Positions 12,165 through 23,920 of a stretch of DNA of 64,000 nucleotides are shown here, one piece after another. Location: positions 30,134,001-30,198,000 of the forward strand of contig CM052816.1 of the NCBI GenBank assembly GCA_028534125.1. Direction: 5' to 3'. A program made the translations under genes and the position numbers. Every line of letters begins with the position of its first letter. Position 1 is the first letter of the stretch. This DNA is from Lama glama. Taxonomy: Eukaryota. Below the pieces are notes generated by a model, which did not search any database, was not told the origin of the DNA, and was given only the letters and a program-made list of their open reading frames with translations.

Positions 12165-12290
12165 TTGTATCTTGTAACACTTGTCTCCTCCACTGACTTA
12201 TGAATTCTTTGAAGGTGGGACCTTTTCTTTCTTGGTATTTTTCATAGAAGAATGGCACATAGTCAATAAAGACTGAATAAATGAATAATA
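12165..12290 (+). mobile_element. L2 3' end
   Basis: 'cttgtctcctccactgacttatgaattctttgaaggtgggacc...tggcacatagtcaataaagactgaataaatgaat'. Confidence 0.7.
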
Positions 12291-12619
12291 ATACATGCAT
12301 AATAATCAACCTTAACTTCATAGCTGACTTCCCATTCAACTGCAGGTAATTGCCTCAGCTCTGCTGTAGCTTAATTTTATTGTCAATAAAGCAAGTAAGT
12401 TACTTTTTTTCATCCATGAATTCTGTGAGAAATAATTCAATAACAGTGGTAAATGACTCTGGTATATTTGCTTTTATACATCAGTAAGAAAATGCCCAAT
12501 TCACTTCTTAAATATTCTTTTTTTTAATCTAGATGAACATTTCTGTATTTTTGTATCACTTTTCAAAACATGCAGCTTCTCAGATCTCATTTTGGAAACA
12601 CTATAGAAATGCATTGATG

Positions 12620-12950
12620 ATCATTCACTAAATAAGAATTTATTGAGCATCTATTGTGCTAATGAGTGTGTAGGAAAGCCCCAACTTCGCATGGGCTTTT
12701 AGAAGTAATAGTCATGATTTCTGAGCCAACATTAATAGATATAGTAGTGAGCCATATGTGGTGATGGACCCTTACATCCTCAATGACCTGGTGCATTGCG
12801 TTAGTGTTGTGAGAATTCTAAGGAGCTGAGATCAGTGAAGACTTGGATATACAGGTGGGAATTCACTGACTAGGTGGAAATGGGCAGAGTTGAAGAATGG
12901 GTATAATCTGCAAAGGCAAGAAGAGCTATTCAAAAGAGGTAAGCAATAAA
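12620..12950 (-). mobile_element. L2 3' end fragment
   Basis: 'tcattcactaaataagaatttattgagcatctattgtgcta' is an antisense L2 tail. Confidence 0.55.
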
Positions 12951-12985
12951 GTTCTAACACCACAGTTTTTTTTCTCCTCTTAGCA

Positions 12986-13395
12986 ATGAGGATATATTGG
13001 ACTTTCCAAATGCTTCGTTCATAGACCCATTTTGGCGTATCTCCCTAGCCTAATAATGCCCATCCCTCATCCCCTACCAAAGTACCAAAGTGAGCTCTTT
13101 CAGCTGTGCATGTAGTACGTGCTAACCTGTCTGGTCTTAGTTGATTGGACCAGACATAGACACCTGAACCAAACTGAGTGGGATTCTCCCTCTTGTGAAT
13201 CTGCAGTTAGGATCAAGAGACTCATGTGTGGTTGCAGGAACAGAGGCTATGAAACCTTAGGCCTTATGGATTTCTCCTTCAGAGAGAATAAAAAATTAGG
13301 TAGGTTTGCAGAGAGAAGGATGATGAGAGACCTTGAGGTTTTTCCAAACTTTCCTGCTTTTGGAGCTGACCCTTTGCTCACAGTGTTCCCTTAGT
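12986..13395 (+). mobile_element. ERVL-type LTR remnant (LTR16-like)
   Basis: 'ctggtcttagttgattggaccagacatagacacctgaaccaaactgagtgggattctccctcttgtgaatctg' resembles the LTR16 central block. Confidence 0.55.
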
Positions 13396-13404
13396 ATTTT
13401 TTTG

Positions 13405-13785
13405 ATGTCTGCGGAATCTATACTGGTATCTGTTGTTTCACTCCTGATATTAGTAATTCTGATCATCTGGTTATTTTCTTAGTCAATCTTGTAAGATTTT
13501 TGTAAATATTATTAATCTTTTCAAAGAATCAACTCTTTGTTGGCTTTCTCTATTTTTCTGTTTTCTATTTCATTAACTTCTACTTTTACATTTATTATTT
13601 CCTTCCATGTGCTTGCTTTGGGTTTATTTTTCTCTTCTTTTTTAGGTTCTTAAGATAAAAGCCTAGATTATTGATTTGAGACTTTCCTCTTTCTAATGTA
13701 TGCATTTAGTGACATAAATTTTTCTCTCAGCACTGTTTTGGCTTTGTCCCACAAATTTTGGTATGCTGGTATCTTCAGTTTCATG
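13405..13785 (-). mobile_element. Old L1M fragment (5' part of ORF2)
   Basis: 'ttcaaagaatcaactctttg...ttgagactttcctctttctaatgtatgcatttagtgacataaattt...cccacaaattttggtatg'. Confidence 0.8.
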
Positions 13786-13789
13786 TGAT

Positions 13790-14790
13790 TCCCTATACTA
13801 TGCAAAAGCTTTTAAATGTAATTAGATCTCATTTGTTTATTTTTGCTTTAAGTTCCTTTACTCTGGGAGACAAATTCAAAACAACTTTGCAGTGATTTTT
13901 GTCAAGGAGTGTTCTACCTTTGTTTTCTTCTAGGAGTTTCATGGTTTCCAGTCTTAAATTTAGGTCTTTAATTGATTTTGAGTATTTATTTTTGCATATG
14001 GTGTGAGAGAATATTCTAATTTGGCTCTTTTACATGTAACTGTCTAGTCTTCCCAGCACCAGTTAGTGATGAGACTGTCTTTTCTCCATTGTACATTGCT
14101 GCTTCCTTTGTCATAGATTAATTGGACATAAATGTGTGGGTTTATTTCTAGGTTCTCTAGTCTCTTCCACTGATACATGTTTGTTTTTGTGACTGTACCA
14201 TAGTATTTTGATTACTGTAGCTCTGTAGTATAATCTGAAATCAGCTAGCATGATACATCTAGCTCTGTTCTTCTTTTCTTAGGATTGTTTTGGCTATTTG
14301 GGTTTTTTTGTGTTCCCATACAAAGTTTAAAGTTATTTGTTCTATGAAAAATGCCATTGGTATTTTAATAGGTATTAGATTGAATCTGCATATTGCTTTG
14401 GGTAGTATAGTCATTTTGATAATATTAGTTCTTCCAATCCATGGACATGATATATCTTTCCATTTCTTTTTGTGGTCTTCAATTTCTTTCATCAGTGTCT
14501 TACAATTTTTAAAGTACAAGTCTTTAACCTCCTTAGGTCAGTTTATTCCTGGGTATTTTATTCTGTTTTATGCAATTGTATATGAAATTATTTCCTTAAT
14601 TTCATTTTCTGATAGTTCATTGCTAATGTATAGAAGTGCAACAAATCTCTGTTTATTAATTTTGTATCCTGCAACTTTACCAAATTCATTGATAAGCTCT
14701 AGTAGGTTTTTTGGTGTGTGTGGCGTCCTGAGGACTTTCTATGGGATAGTATCAGGTCATATGCAAACAGTGACAGTTTTACCCCTTTAT
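13790..14790 (-). mobile_element. Younger L1 internal fragment, ORF2 region downstream of the RT core (disrupted)
   Basis: Minus ORF 14259-14519 reads [52 protein letters not shown], a canonical L1 ORF2p segment; flanking stops/frameshifts. Confidence 0.95.
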
Positions 14791-16375
14791 TCCTGAAGAA
14801 TATTTTTCCTGGAGAAATATCTAGGCTTGATCTTTCAGCACTTGATCAATTCTGTGCCATTTCCTTCTGACCTGTATGGTTCTCATGAGAAATCTTTTGT
14901 CATTCAAATTAATTTTGTTCCTTTAGGTAAGGTGTCATTTTTCTCCTACTGCTTTCAAAATCTTTCTCTTTGTTTAATTTTCCTAAGTTCAATTATGATG
15001 TGTTGTGGAATGGATTTCTTTGAATTATCTTGTTGGTGTTCACTAAATTTACTGAATCTGTACTTTTATGTCTCTTGGTAAGTTTGAGAAGTTTTCAGGT
15101 ATTTTTTTCTTTGGATACTTTTTAGCTCTACTCTCTCTTCTCCTTTCTTACGACATGAATATTAGTTCTTCTGTTAAGTCATGCAGATCCCTAAGGCTCT
15201 GCTCTTTTTTTTTTCTCAGTCTATTTTTCCTTTGTTGTTCAGATTGGATACTTTCTATTGTTCTGTCTTCACATTCACTGCTTCTTTTCATTACACTCTA
15301 CTTTTGAGCCCAACCACTATGCTTTTTATTTCAGTTATATTTTCCAGTTGTATAATTTTCATTTAGTTTTTCTTTGTTGTTACTTTCTATTTCTTTGTTG
15401 AGACTACTTTTTATTTTTATTTGCTTATTGGTAATTGTGTAGTGGTAATTGCTCACCAAAGCTTTTTTTTTTCTTCATGACTGCTTTAACATCAGATAAT
15501 TCCAATGTCATCATTTTGGTATTGATGTCATTTGATTGTCATTTATTGTCAATTTTGTAAGCGTCCTGATACTTGGTATGAGGAATGATTTTTGATTAAA
15601 AGCTAGACAGTTTAGTATAATGTTATGAGTCCCCAAATTTTATTTAAGTCTTCTGTTTTAACTGGCTTCTTCTGACATTACACCTATGAGATGGGAGTGT
15701 GCCATCTTATTCTTATCAAGTAATGATAAAAGTCTGGGTTGCCCATTAGGCTTCTGTTGACACTTGAGGGTTGGAGGGTAGGGGGCTCTTCATCATTGCC
15801 AGATGGAGGTTGATATCCAGCATCCATATATGATCTCTACTGACAGCAACTCTGTCAGGGACTGGTTCCCTCCCTTTGATAATGAAAGTCCCAGATTTTC
15901 CTCACTGCTCTCTGACACCACCCCAGCATGGAATTATGGTGCCTCATTACAGCCTGCCCATGATGGAAGTCTGGGTACCCCAGTCAGCCTCCCCTGGCAT
16001 GCATGGAGGTGGGGCCACAGTTAATTCTACGCTGTTTAGCTGGAGTAAAGTGGCTATTCTCTAAAGTTTTCTATCTTGCTAAGCTATCCTTTTCCTTATG
16101 ATTTGTCTAGAGGGGCCAGGCTTTTCTTTGCCTGTGCTTGGTGGCATTTCTGGTTTAATGGTTTCTTCAGGTCAAAGTCTGGGATATATGAGGCCAGAAC
16201 AAGCCAGGGATTCAACACTGTGTTGATTTCTGGGCCCTGAGATCCCTAGATAGTCTCCCCTGTTTTTTTCAAGCTTTCAGAGTCTTCTTATGTTTGTGTT
16301 ACGTACAATATCCAGGATCTTTAGTTATACTTAGCAATAGAAATATGGAAAATTACATCTATACCATCTTTACCT
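14791..16375 (-). mobile_element. Old L1M 5' region (ORF1/5' UTR) fragment
   Basis: T-rich antisense L1: 'ttctcatgagaaatc...gtaagtttgagaagttttcagg...tctgttaagtcatgcagatccctaaggctctgctc...atccaggatctttagttatacttagc'. Confidence 0.75.
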
Positions 16376-17269
16376 TTTAATGTTCTTATTGAAAGGGTTT
16401 TTTTTTGCCATTTTTTAATCTCTTATGTGTTGTTAATTATGCACTGGATTTATGCTTCAGTCAACATGAAAAATGTTATTGATACAGATGGCACTAGTAA
16501 ATTATTTGTGAGGATAAATACATTTCATTACCTTGGCAAATGGATATTTAGATAATTGTTTTGTGGGCTCCTAATGTGAGTCTGTGCAAGTCAGATAGCA
16601 CATGAGAGGATGTGTGATGAAGTAGTGTTTGTTATCATCCTAATGTAAAATTGGGTACAGTGGCATGTTTCTGCTAAAAGACTGTCATTATCTGAATTGA
16701 GCATTGATACATTTAGGAATCACTCATTTAGAGTGACAGTCTTGTGGGTTCCTTGTTCATGGCTAACCACTGATTTGGGTCATGCCTTTAGATGCTGTTT
16801 GGAGAGTAGAAATGTTCTAGTACATCCTTCTTTGTGCTTCTGGGAACGTCCTGCATGATGTAGCAACTTTTTTTGTATTTCTAAAAGTTGAAGATAATTT
16901 CTAGTTTTTTCTTTACTTTATTTTACAAATCTTCTGTATTCCCAGTTAGATTTCATCTAAACTCCAGCAACAGTAAACATGCATGTATTATTCTTTTAAG
17001 AGTCAAGTTGCAATGAACTCTTAGAACTTATTTGCAAATCTACTTCCCTGGGCTTTATTACGAAAGAAAGTTTACTTGAATTTACATAAGACCATAATGT
17101 TTTTCTTGAAAGATCTCAATACTTCCTAGAATTGCTAAGAATACATTCACTGAATTTCCCCAAGAGGAACTAACTCTTGACAAAGCTCCTAAAACAAGAG
17201 ACTCAAATCCTCCCTCCTAGTTTATTTTCTCTGGAGGAAGCATTCTAATTTATTTTCATCTGGAAGACT

Positions 17270-17375
17270 TTGCTGAGATGGAGTTCATCACAGTGCATCC
17301 TCGTGGCATATATCAGTGTCCTGGCATATAACCTGCCTGTGGATAGATTTCATCAGAACTAATGGAAAGATGAAT
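17270..17375 (+). mobile_element. L2 3' end fragment
   Basis: 'cagtgtcctggcatataacctgcctgtggatag...atggaaagatgaatg'. Confidence 0.4.
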
Positions 17376-18329
17376 GTGTTTACCTCCGAATCCAGCGGAG
17401 CTGCTTCTTACCAAAAGTTGCTCTATCATTTAGACACATGTCAAAGGGTAAAATTATAACATGGACAGATTGAGGGTAACTAGGATACAAATTTATTAGT
17501 TATGACTTCTATAATTAAAACGAGATATCACAAAGGAATCCCAGGCTTAGGCTAGAGTGAGTGACCTGTGTTGCAATTGGTTTTCTATAATGTTTCGGCT
17601 GTATCTCAGCCATAAACGGATTGATGGTTTTACTGGTTGTGTCAAAAGCTCTATATAGGAAAGTGGTAAATGTTTCTTGGGCTTTGTGCAAGTGTATAAC
17701 ATCCCACACCACTAATGACGTACTGTGTTAGCCGTGGTAAGATTGATTGAATTAAGAGCCCATTGAGATACTTCACGCCTGAGTTGTTGTTCAGCCAAGA
17801 ATATTTTCCTGCCAGCAGATTGGGTATGCTACACAGGGCCCTCCAGTAGGGGGAATCCCACCTCTGAATCAGCTTATGTAGATTTAGGCTCGTCGAAGTG
17901 GGTGTGGAGGAAACAGTTTTAGTTAGTAACAGTAGCTGTTAGGCAGCATCTCCAGGCCCACACAACAATCTTGGGAGACTCTGGGGGCTTATTTTGAGAG
18001 TTTCATACCGAGGTCAGTACTGGCACCCAGAGGTCTTGCTGTGTTTGTCTGGCCGTGGAGTTCCAGTGGGCCGGACTTCAAGGAAGGAGAAGGACAAGGA
18101 AGCCCTGTCAGTTTCCTTCTGAGACCAACATTTTGTGACTGGATTAAAAATCATAACTTACTATGCAGACTTGGAAATTTTCAGACTTCTAGCAGGTAGT
18201 CCTGTGCTCTTCCTTCCCCCACACGTGAAGGTGCCCTCAGAACATCTTTCTCTGAGTATCAGGCCAGTGCCCCATTGATCTCCACTTCTGAACTCTCACT
18301 TCAGAAATAGGTTGGCTTTATACAACATA

Positions 18330-18470
18330 TTTTAGTTAGTAAGTGCTTGACATGAATTAACAGCTTTGTCTCTCATAATGCTAAGGTGGACGTATTCATT
18401 TCCCTAGTTTACACATGAGGGAACTATGAGCCAAAGAGGTTAAATACTTGGCTAAAATCAAGTAGTAACA
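18330..18470 (-). mobile_element. MIR fragment
   Basis: 'ccctagtttacacatgagggaactatgagccaaagaggttaaatacttggctaaaatca'. Confidence 0.7.
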
Positions 18471-18474
18471 AAAA

Positions 18475-19480
18475 TGTGCCCTGCTGTTGTAGAGTTACAT
18501 GAAGATGGAGATGATAAAGAAGTTTCCAAATATATAAACAAGAAATTGAGAGATTAAGATGTTCTATGAAGGGAATAAAACAAGGTGATGGGATGGAATC
18601 TCTGGAAGGAGTGCTGATTTACTTCAGGTGGTCAGGGTAAGTCTTGTTGAGGCATGGCACGGACTCTGAGACTTGGATGATTAAAAGAAACCAGCTCGGA
18701 GAGGGTTGGGAGTTGAATCTTAAAATAGGTCAAAGGCCTTCAGAAGAAAATGAACTGGAGAGAGGCAAAGGAGACCAGACAACCAGAGGAACAAGACAGT
18801 GGTAAGAGATGAGGTGGGAGAGGAGGGGTTTACATTTTCATTGTAAACAAAACAAACACTCTTGCTCTATAGGACATCTTCCACGTGCTGAGCACTGTTG
18901 AAACAACTTCATGTATATTTAGTCATTTCATCTTCACAGATGTCGAACGAGATAATATTACTACTAGTCTCATTTTACAGATGTGAAAACTGACACACAG
19001 TAAAGTAACTAGTGGTTGGAATGCAATGGGGAACAACTGGAGGAGTTACAGCAGAAAAGTAACATAATCTGTCTTGCATTTAAAAACATCACTGGAGCAT
19101 CTGTGTGGAGAATTGACTAGGGGCTTAGGAGGGAAGCCGACTAGAGGTTTCAGGCACGAGATGATGGTAGACTGTTCTAGGGCATTATTGACAAAAGAGG
19201 AAACTGAATGAAAGGGTTTGGTACATATTTTGTACCTGCTGCTGGCGTAGATGTGGGAGGTGAAATGAAATGAGAAATCAGGTCAAACTTCTGGGCTTGT
19301 TTGGACACCTGGGTGGATAAATGTGTCATATATGACAGTAAATGATAGGGAAGGTTACCAGGGGAGCATGTGAGGACACAGTGACTTGACCGTATTAACG
19401 TAGTGCCACTCTTGAGACATCCATGAGGAAATGTGGAATAGAAAGATAGCTATATGAAGGTTGGAACTCACAGGGAAAAT
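18475..19480 (-). mobile_element. L2 fragment with nested antisense MIR (about 18870-19010)
   Basis: L2: 'ggtggtcagggtaagtcttgttgagg...gagatgaggtgggagagg...aatctgtcttgcatttaaaaacatcactggagcatctgtgtggagaattgactag'; MIR: 'ctcattttacagatgtgaaaactgacac'. Confidence 0.8.
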
Positions 19481-20299
19481 TATATAATGTTTGCACACAA
19501 GCCAAAGGTTTTGGTGAAGGTATGTTTCCATAAACAAATCTGCAACCGAAGTTTGTTTTTGTGGTAGAAACCTGAGCAGGGCGTTTCTGCTCTTTATTTA
19601 AAGACTTGTTAGGGATTCAAGTGTTCCTTCTCAGAAAAAAAAATATTTATGTTCCTAATAAAGTGTCCTTCCTGGTATCAGGAGAGGAGAAGTCCATTCT
19701 TAGGCTTTTTTCTTTTGGATACGTTCAGCCACAGGATCACACATTCTAGGGTTTCATTGCTCCTGACACCAGTCAATACCGTCCTACAGAAGTTCAAGGG
19801 GAATGTTGTTTAAAAGCATGCACAGCTTACTCTGCCCTCAGGAACAGCAAGGGTGGAAGGTGAGTATGAACTTCTGAAAGATGACAGCTGCCCAAATGCA
19901 AGTGGTATTTTCAAAGGAAGTTCAAACTGAGTATATTTAAAATGGACAGTGCTACGTTGGGAGTTTTCTGTGTTCTGCGGCATGAATAGGGCAGTGATTA
20001 TTTTCATTAGGTCCTAGTTTGTAGCTTGTGTATTTATGCCTGCATGGTTCTCCCTCAGTCTGAATTTATTTTTCAAACATTTAGCAAAATCTCAACCTGA
20101 TGGGGATAGGATATCTTGGGCTTGCCGTACATTACCTATTCTTTTCTATGGAAAGTGGAAATCTGATAAATCTCTCTTCCTGAACTCTAAAAGTACGAAT
20201 GTACTTTGATGTGAGAAATAGCAAGAAAATCTCAGCTGCTGAACACCATCATGCCTCCTTAGCTCTTTACTTCTAATAATGTTTCTTTTAACTTCCAGA

Positions 20300-20465
20300 G
20301 ATATTTTTCATCAATTTAGAGAAATGCCTTTTTCGATATTATATTTATAATATCTCCAAAATTGGAATTATGTCTTATAATTGTCATTGTGTTTTGTTTC
20401 TCATTAGCATATAAAATAATGGCGTGTTTAAAATTGATGTCATTTTATATTGCAGAAAATCACTA
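20300..20465. mobile_element. TcMar-Tc2 MITE (MER104-like)
   Basis: 'atttttcatcaatttag...atctccaaaattggaattatgtcttataattg...gcatataaaataatggcgtgtttaaaattgatgtcattttatattg' is collinear with the remembered MER104 consensus. Confidence 0.65.
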
Positions 20466-22669
20466 GTAAACAGGGTTAACAACTAATACTAACTGATAGA
20501 GGGCCAACAAGTGGAAAACGGAAAAGGCTGTGTAGTGCCAATATTGGAATTAGGGATATAAGATGAGAATTGTTGGTTGGGTATTATTTGATTGGGATTT
20601 TTTTTGGGTAGATAACCTGTTACCTTTTATTTGGGGCCCCAAAGTGATGTTTTTATAGTGACATATATATTTATTTTCTCAAAAAATTTTCTTTGAAGTA
20701 TTCTTAAATTTGAATTCCAAGGAGATGTGTTCCAAGCTTTTGATTATGTTTATGGAGTTTACGATTTATTCATCATTAGTCACTCACTTTTTCTACACTG
20801 AACTGAGAAATGAAACAGAAGATAAAGATAAAAATTCTCAAGTTTAAGAATCTGTAGATGCAGGTCGATCTCTGTATGTTAGATAGTCAAGAATTATTGG
20901 CATATTTTTGGAGATTGAGAGATACAATTAAGAGATGCTTAAGATAATTTATAATACTAAGTTGTTCATTAACATTTTCCTCCTTAAATGATGGGCTCAA
21001 TTACTCATTTCCCAGAACTTCTTAATGATTTTCTGAGTCCTATGCTTTGCAGTTATGCCTTTATAAAGGCTGTTTGAGAAACAGAATCATCTGGTTTGGG
21101 TAGGACATTAGTCAATACTGGATTTATGAGGGCTTGTGTTTGTCCCAGTCATGCTACTGTTCTAAAACGTTGGCACCTAGTCCATCAATCTGCCTGTAAA
21201 AGGACAACCCTATTTCTAAAGTGACAGAGTCTATTTGTAGTACTGCAAGCAGTTAGCAAAGCTATCTATGAAATACATCAGAGAGGAGGAGGTGAGAGAT
21301 GGGGGTATAAATTTGTTAAGATCCTCCGAAGAGCTCAGCTTCCTGAGCGGAGCTACTTATTATCCTGCCTCTCTGGACAATAGAAGTATTTCTAGGAAAC
21401 AGTTCTTCTGATTCTCTCCCGACCCTGCCTCCAGACTCCATAAGCCCACAGCAACTTGGCAGTTTATTTGCAGATGTGCTCCTATTACCCTTTGACTAGA
21501 GACAAACTTTGAGAAAGCAGTGGGCCTGTATGATGTTTCCCTGTATTGTGTAGTTTGGTAGTCGACTAGGGTTTTGCCTATGCTGTTTCTGTGTGGTGAG
21601 ACATATTTTCCTCTCCACTTCATTCTTCCTGGAATAAGACGCCTTTCCACCTCTCTCCTGGGGCCACGGTCCTTCTCAAGATAGGATAATACAGGGACTT
21701 GTGCTAGAGAGGAAAAATACAGATTCTGCTAGCACGATGTACGAGAGTCTTGCTGAAAGTGATAAATACCATTGGCAAGATCAGTTTCTGTAGTAGTTGC
21801 TTCACTTTGGGTTTAGGTCTGAAAGGACTGTTTTTTTCTATTTCTTCCTCCTATAGGGGAGACTTGCGTGGTGGGCCATCCCACCTCTGGTAGGAGCTCC
21901 AAAAGCAGGCAGATAAGCGTTTTAGGAATCCTAACCCCATAATGCCCATCAGCCCTGACTCCCAAAGCCACAATAAACAAATGAGAAAACCCTGTTTGTT
22001 GATAAAATGCTTGTTTTATAGATGAGTTTAAACATTTCTATTAGGCTCCACCTCCTGCCCCACCATTACTTAACATGTTATAGCTCCTAAATGACATCTC
22101 TGTAGAGACTGGAACAGCCACCACTCCTGTGTGTTCCACTGGGTGAAATCCTAGCCTTAATGGCAACCGACGACGGCAGTCTTGAGGAAAGAGGAGTCAG
22201 ATGGGCAGAAGAGTGAAAAGTCTTAGGGCACCAGAGTGGGAGCAGGTGAGGGGATGAGATCAGAGGGTAGCTTCTGTCTGATGTCTGCAGAGGTGGGCTC
22301 TGTAGGGACTGACGGATGACAGGGGCAGAAATAAAACAATTGTTCTTCATGTCCTTCAAAATTCTGTGTATGCTTGGTCGTTCAATTTCAAGGACTTGTA
22401 AATAACGGGCTGACCCACTCCACTCTTCCAAGTGATAAAGGCATGGCTCTGGGGTCTCATCACCTTAGGTAATGAAACGGTAAATAATAGTTGCTAAAGC
22501 CTGCACAGGTGACTCATGGGTGGCACTAACCTGAATTAAAAGAAAAATGGCCTTCTACTTCTTGAATTGGTCAGCGAGTTGATTTGGTGACCTTCCATTT
22601 CTTCACATGTGAAATATGGGTATTGGAGCAGATAACTCCTCGAGTCCCTCCATCTCCTTCGAATTTTCT

Positions 22670-22880
22670 GGGCCTGGATTTGACTTCCGGCTGGAATATA
22701 CCTGCTATAGCATATGCTTGCCATTTGTTAGTTGTGCAACCCACTGATTGACACGAAAACCTCAGTTTTCCTAATGTGTGTAATTGAGATAGTAGTAGCT
22801 TCCTTTCATAGTGAAGTGCAGCAATGGTGGTACAGTGCCCAGAGCACGGGAGGCGCTCATATGATGGTTACTGTGCATAT
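22670..22880 (+). mobile_element. MIR SINE
   Basis: 'cctcagttttcctaatgtgtgtaattgagatagtagtag...acagtgcccagagcacgggaggcgctcatatgatggtta'. Confidence 0.7.
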
Positions 22881-23147
22881 TGGTCTAGATTACCGTACAC
22901 TTTGATTTCAACTTGAGGGTTTTCATAAACTAAAACCGTATCAAGATTTTCTCTGAAGTTGTATGATTTCTCTACTACTACTTAGTCATATTCAGTATAA
23001 TCGGCAATGATGTAATATTTAGAGAATATTAATTTTGCAGCTGTTCCTTAGAACTTATCAATTTTCTGGGTGCCTTATAAGCCTTGATTTTTTTCCCCCA
23101 AGCCCAATATAGTTTATTCAATTTTTTTGAAGTATGTTACTTATTTT

Positions 23148-23920
23148 CTTTTTTTATTGAAGTATAGTTGACTTACAATGTTAGTTTCTGGTGTACAGCA
23201 AAGCAATTCAGTTATACATATCCATACACATACTTTTTTCAGATTCTTTCCTGTTAAAGCTCATTATAAGAAATTGAATATAGTTCCCTGTGCTATATAG
23301 TAGGTTATTGTTGTTTATCTATTTCATATATAGTAATGTGTATCTATTAATCCTAAACTCCTATCCTTCTCTTCCCCTTTTCCCCGTGGTAACCACAGTT
23401 TGTTTTCTATGTTTGTGAGTATATAAACATACTTTTTTAGATTCCACATATGAGTGACATCATATATTTGTCTTTCTCTGTCTGACTTACTTCACTTAAT
23501 ATGATAATCTCTAGGTCCGTCCATGTTGCTACAGTGGCATTAATTCATTCTTTTTTATGACTGAGTAGTATGCCATTTTGTGTGTGTGTTTGTGTGTGTG
23601 TATGTATGTCTGTATGTATTCTTTATCCAGTCATCTGTCAATGGACATTTAGGCTGCTTACATATCTTGGCTATTGTAAGTAGTGCTGCTGTGAACATTG
23701 GTGTGCATATGTCTTTTTGAATTTTAGTTTTCTCTGGTTATATGCCCAGGAGTGGGATTGCTGGATCATATGGTAACTCTGTTTATAGTTTTTTAAGGAC
23801 CTTGCATACTGTTCTCCATAGTGGCTGCACCAATTTACATTCCAAACAACAGTGTAGGAGAGTTCCTTTTTTCTCCACACTCTCTCCAGCTTTTATTATT
23901 TGTAGACTTTAACGATGGTA
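23148..23920 (-). mobile_element. 5'-truncated cetartiodactyl-type L1 (3' UTR plus ORF2 C-terminus)
   Basis: Poly-T then 'ttattgaagtatagttgacttacaatgttagtttctggtgtacagc', 'tagattccacatatgagtgacatcat', 'cccaggagtgggattgctggatcatatggtaactct'. Confidence 0.95.

Noticed and set aside
14290..14796. Longest ORF in the track (168 aa, plus strand, hydrophobic)
   Set aside because: It is the antisense reading of L1 ORF2; such hydrophobic antisense ORFs are a standard L1 artefact
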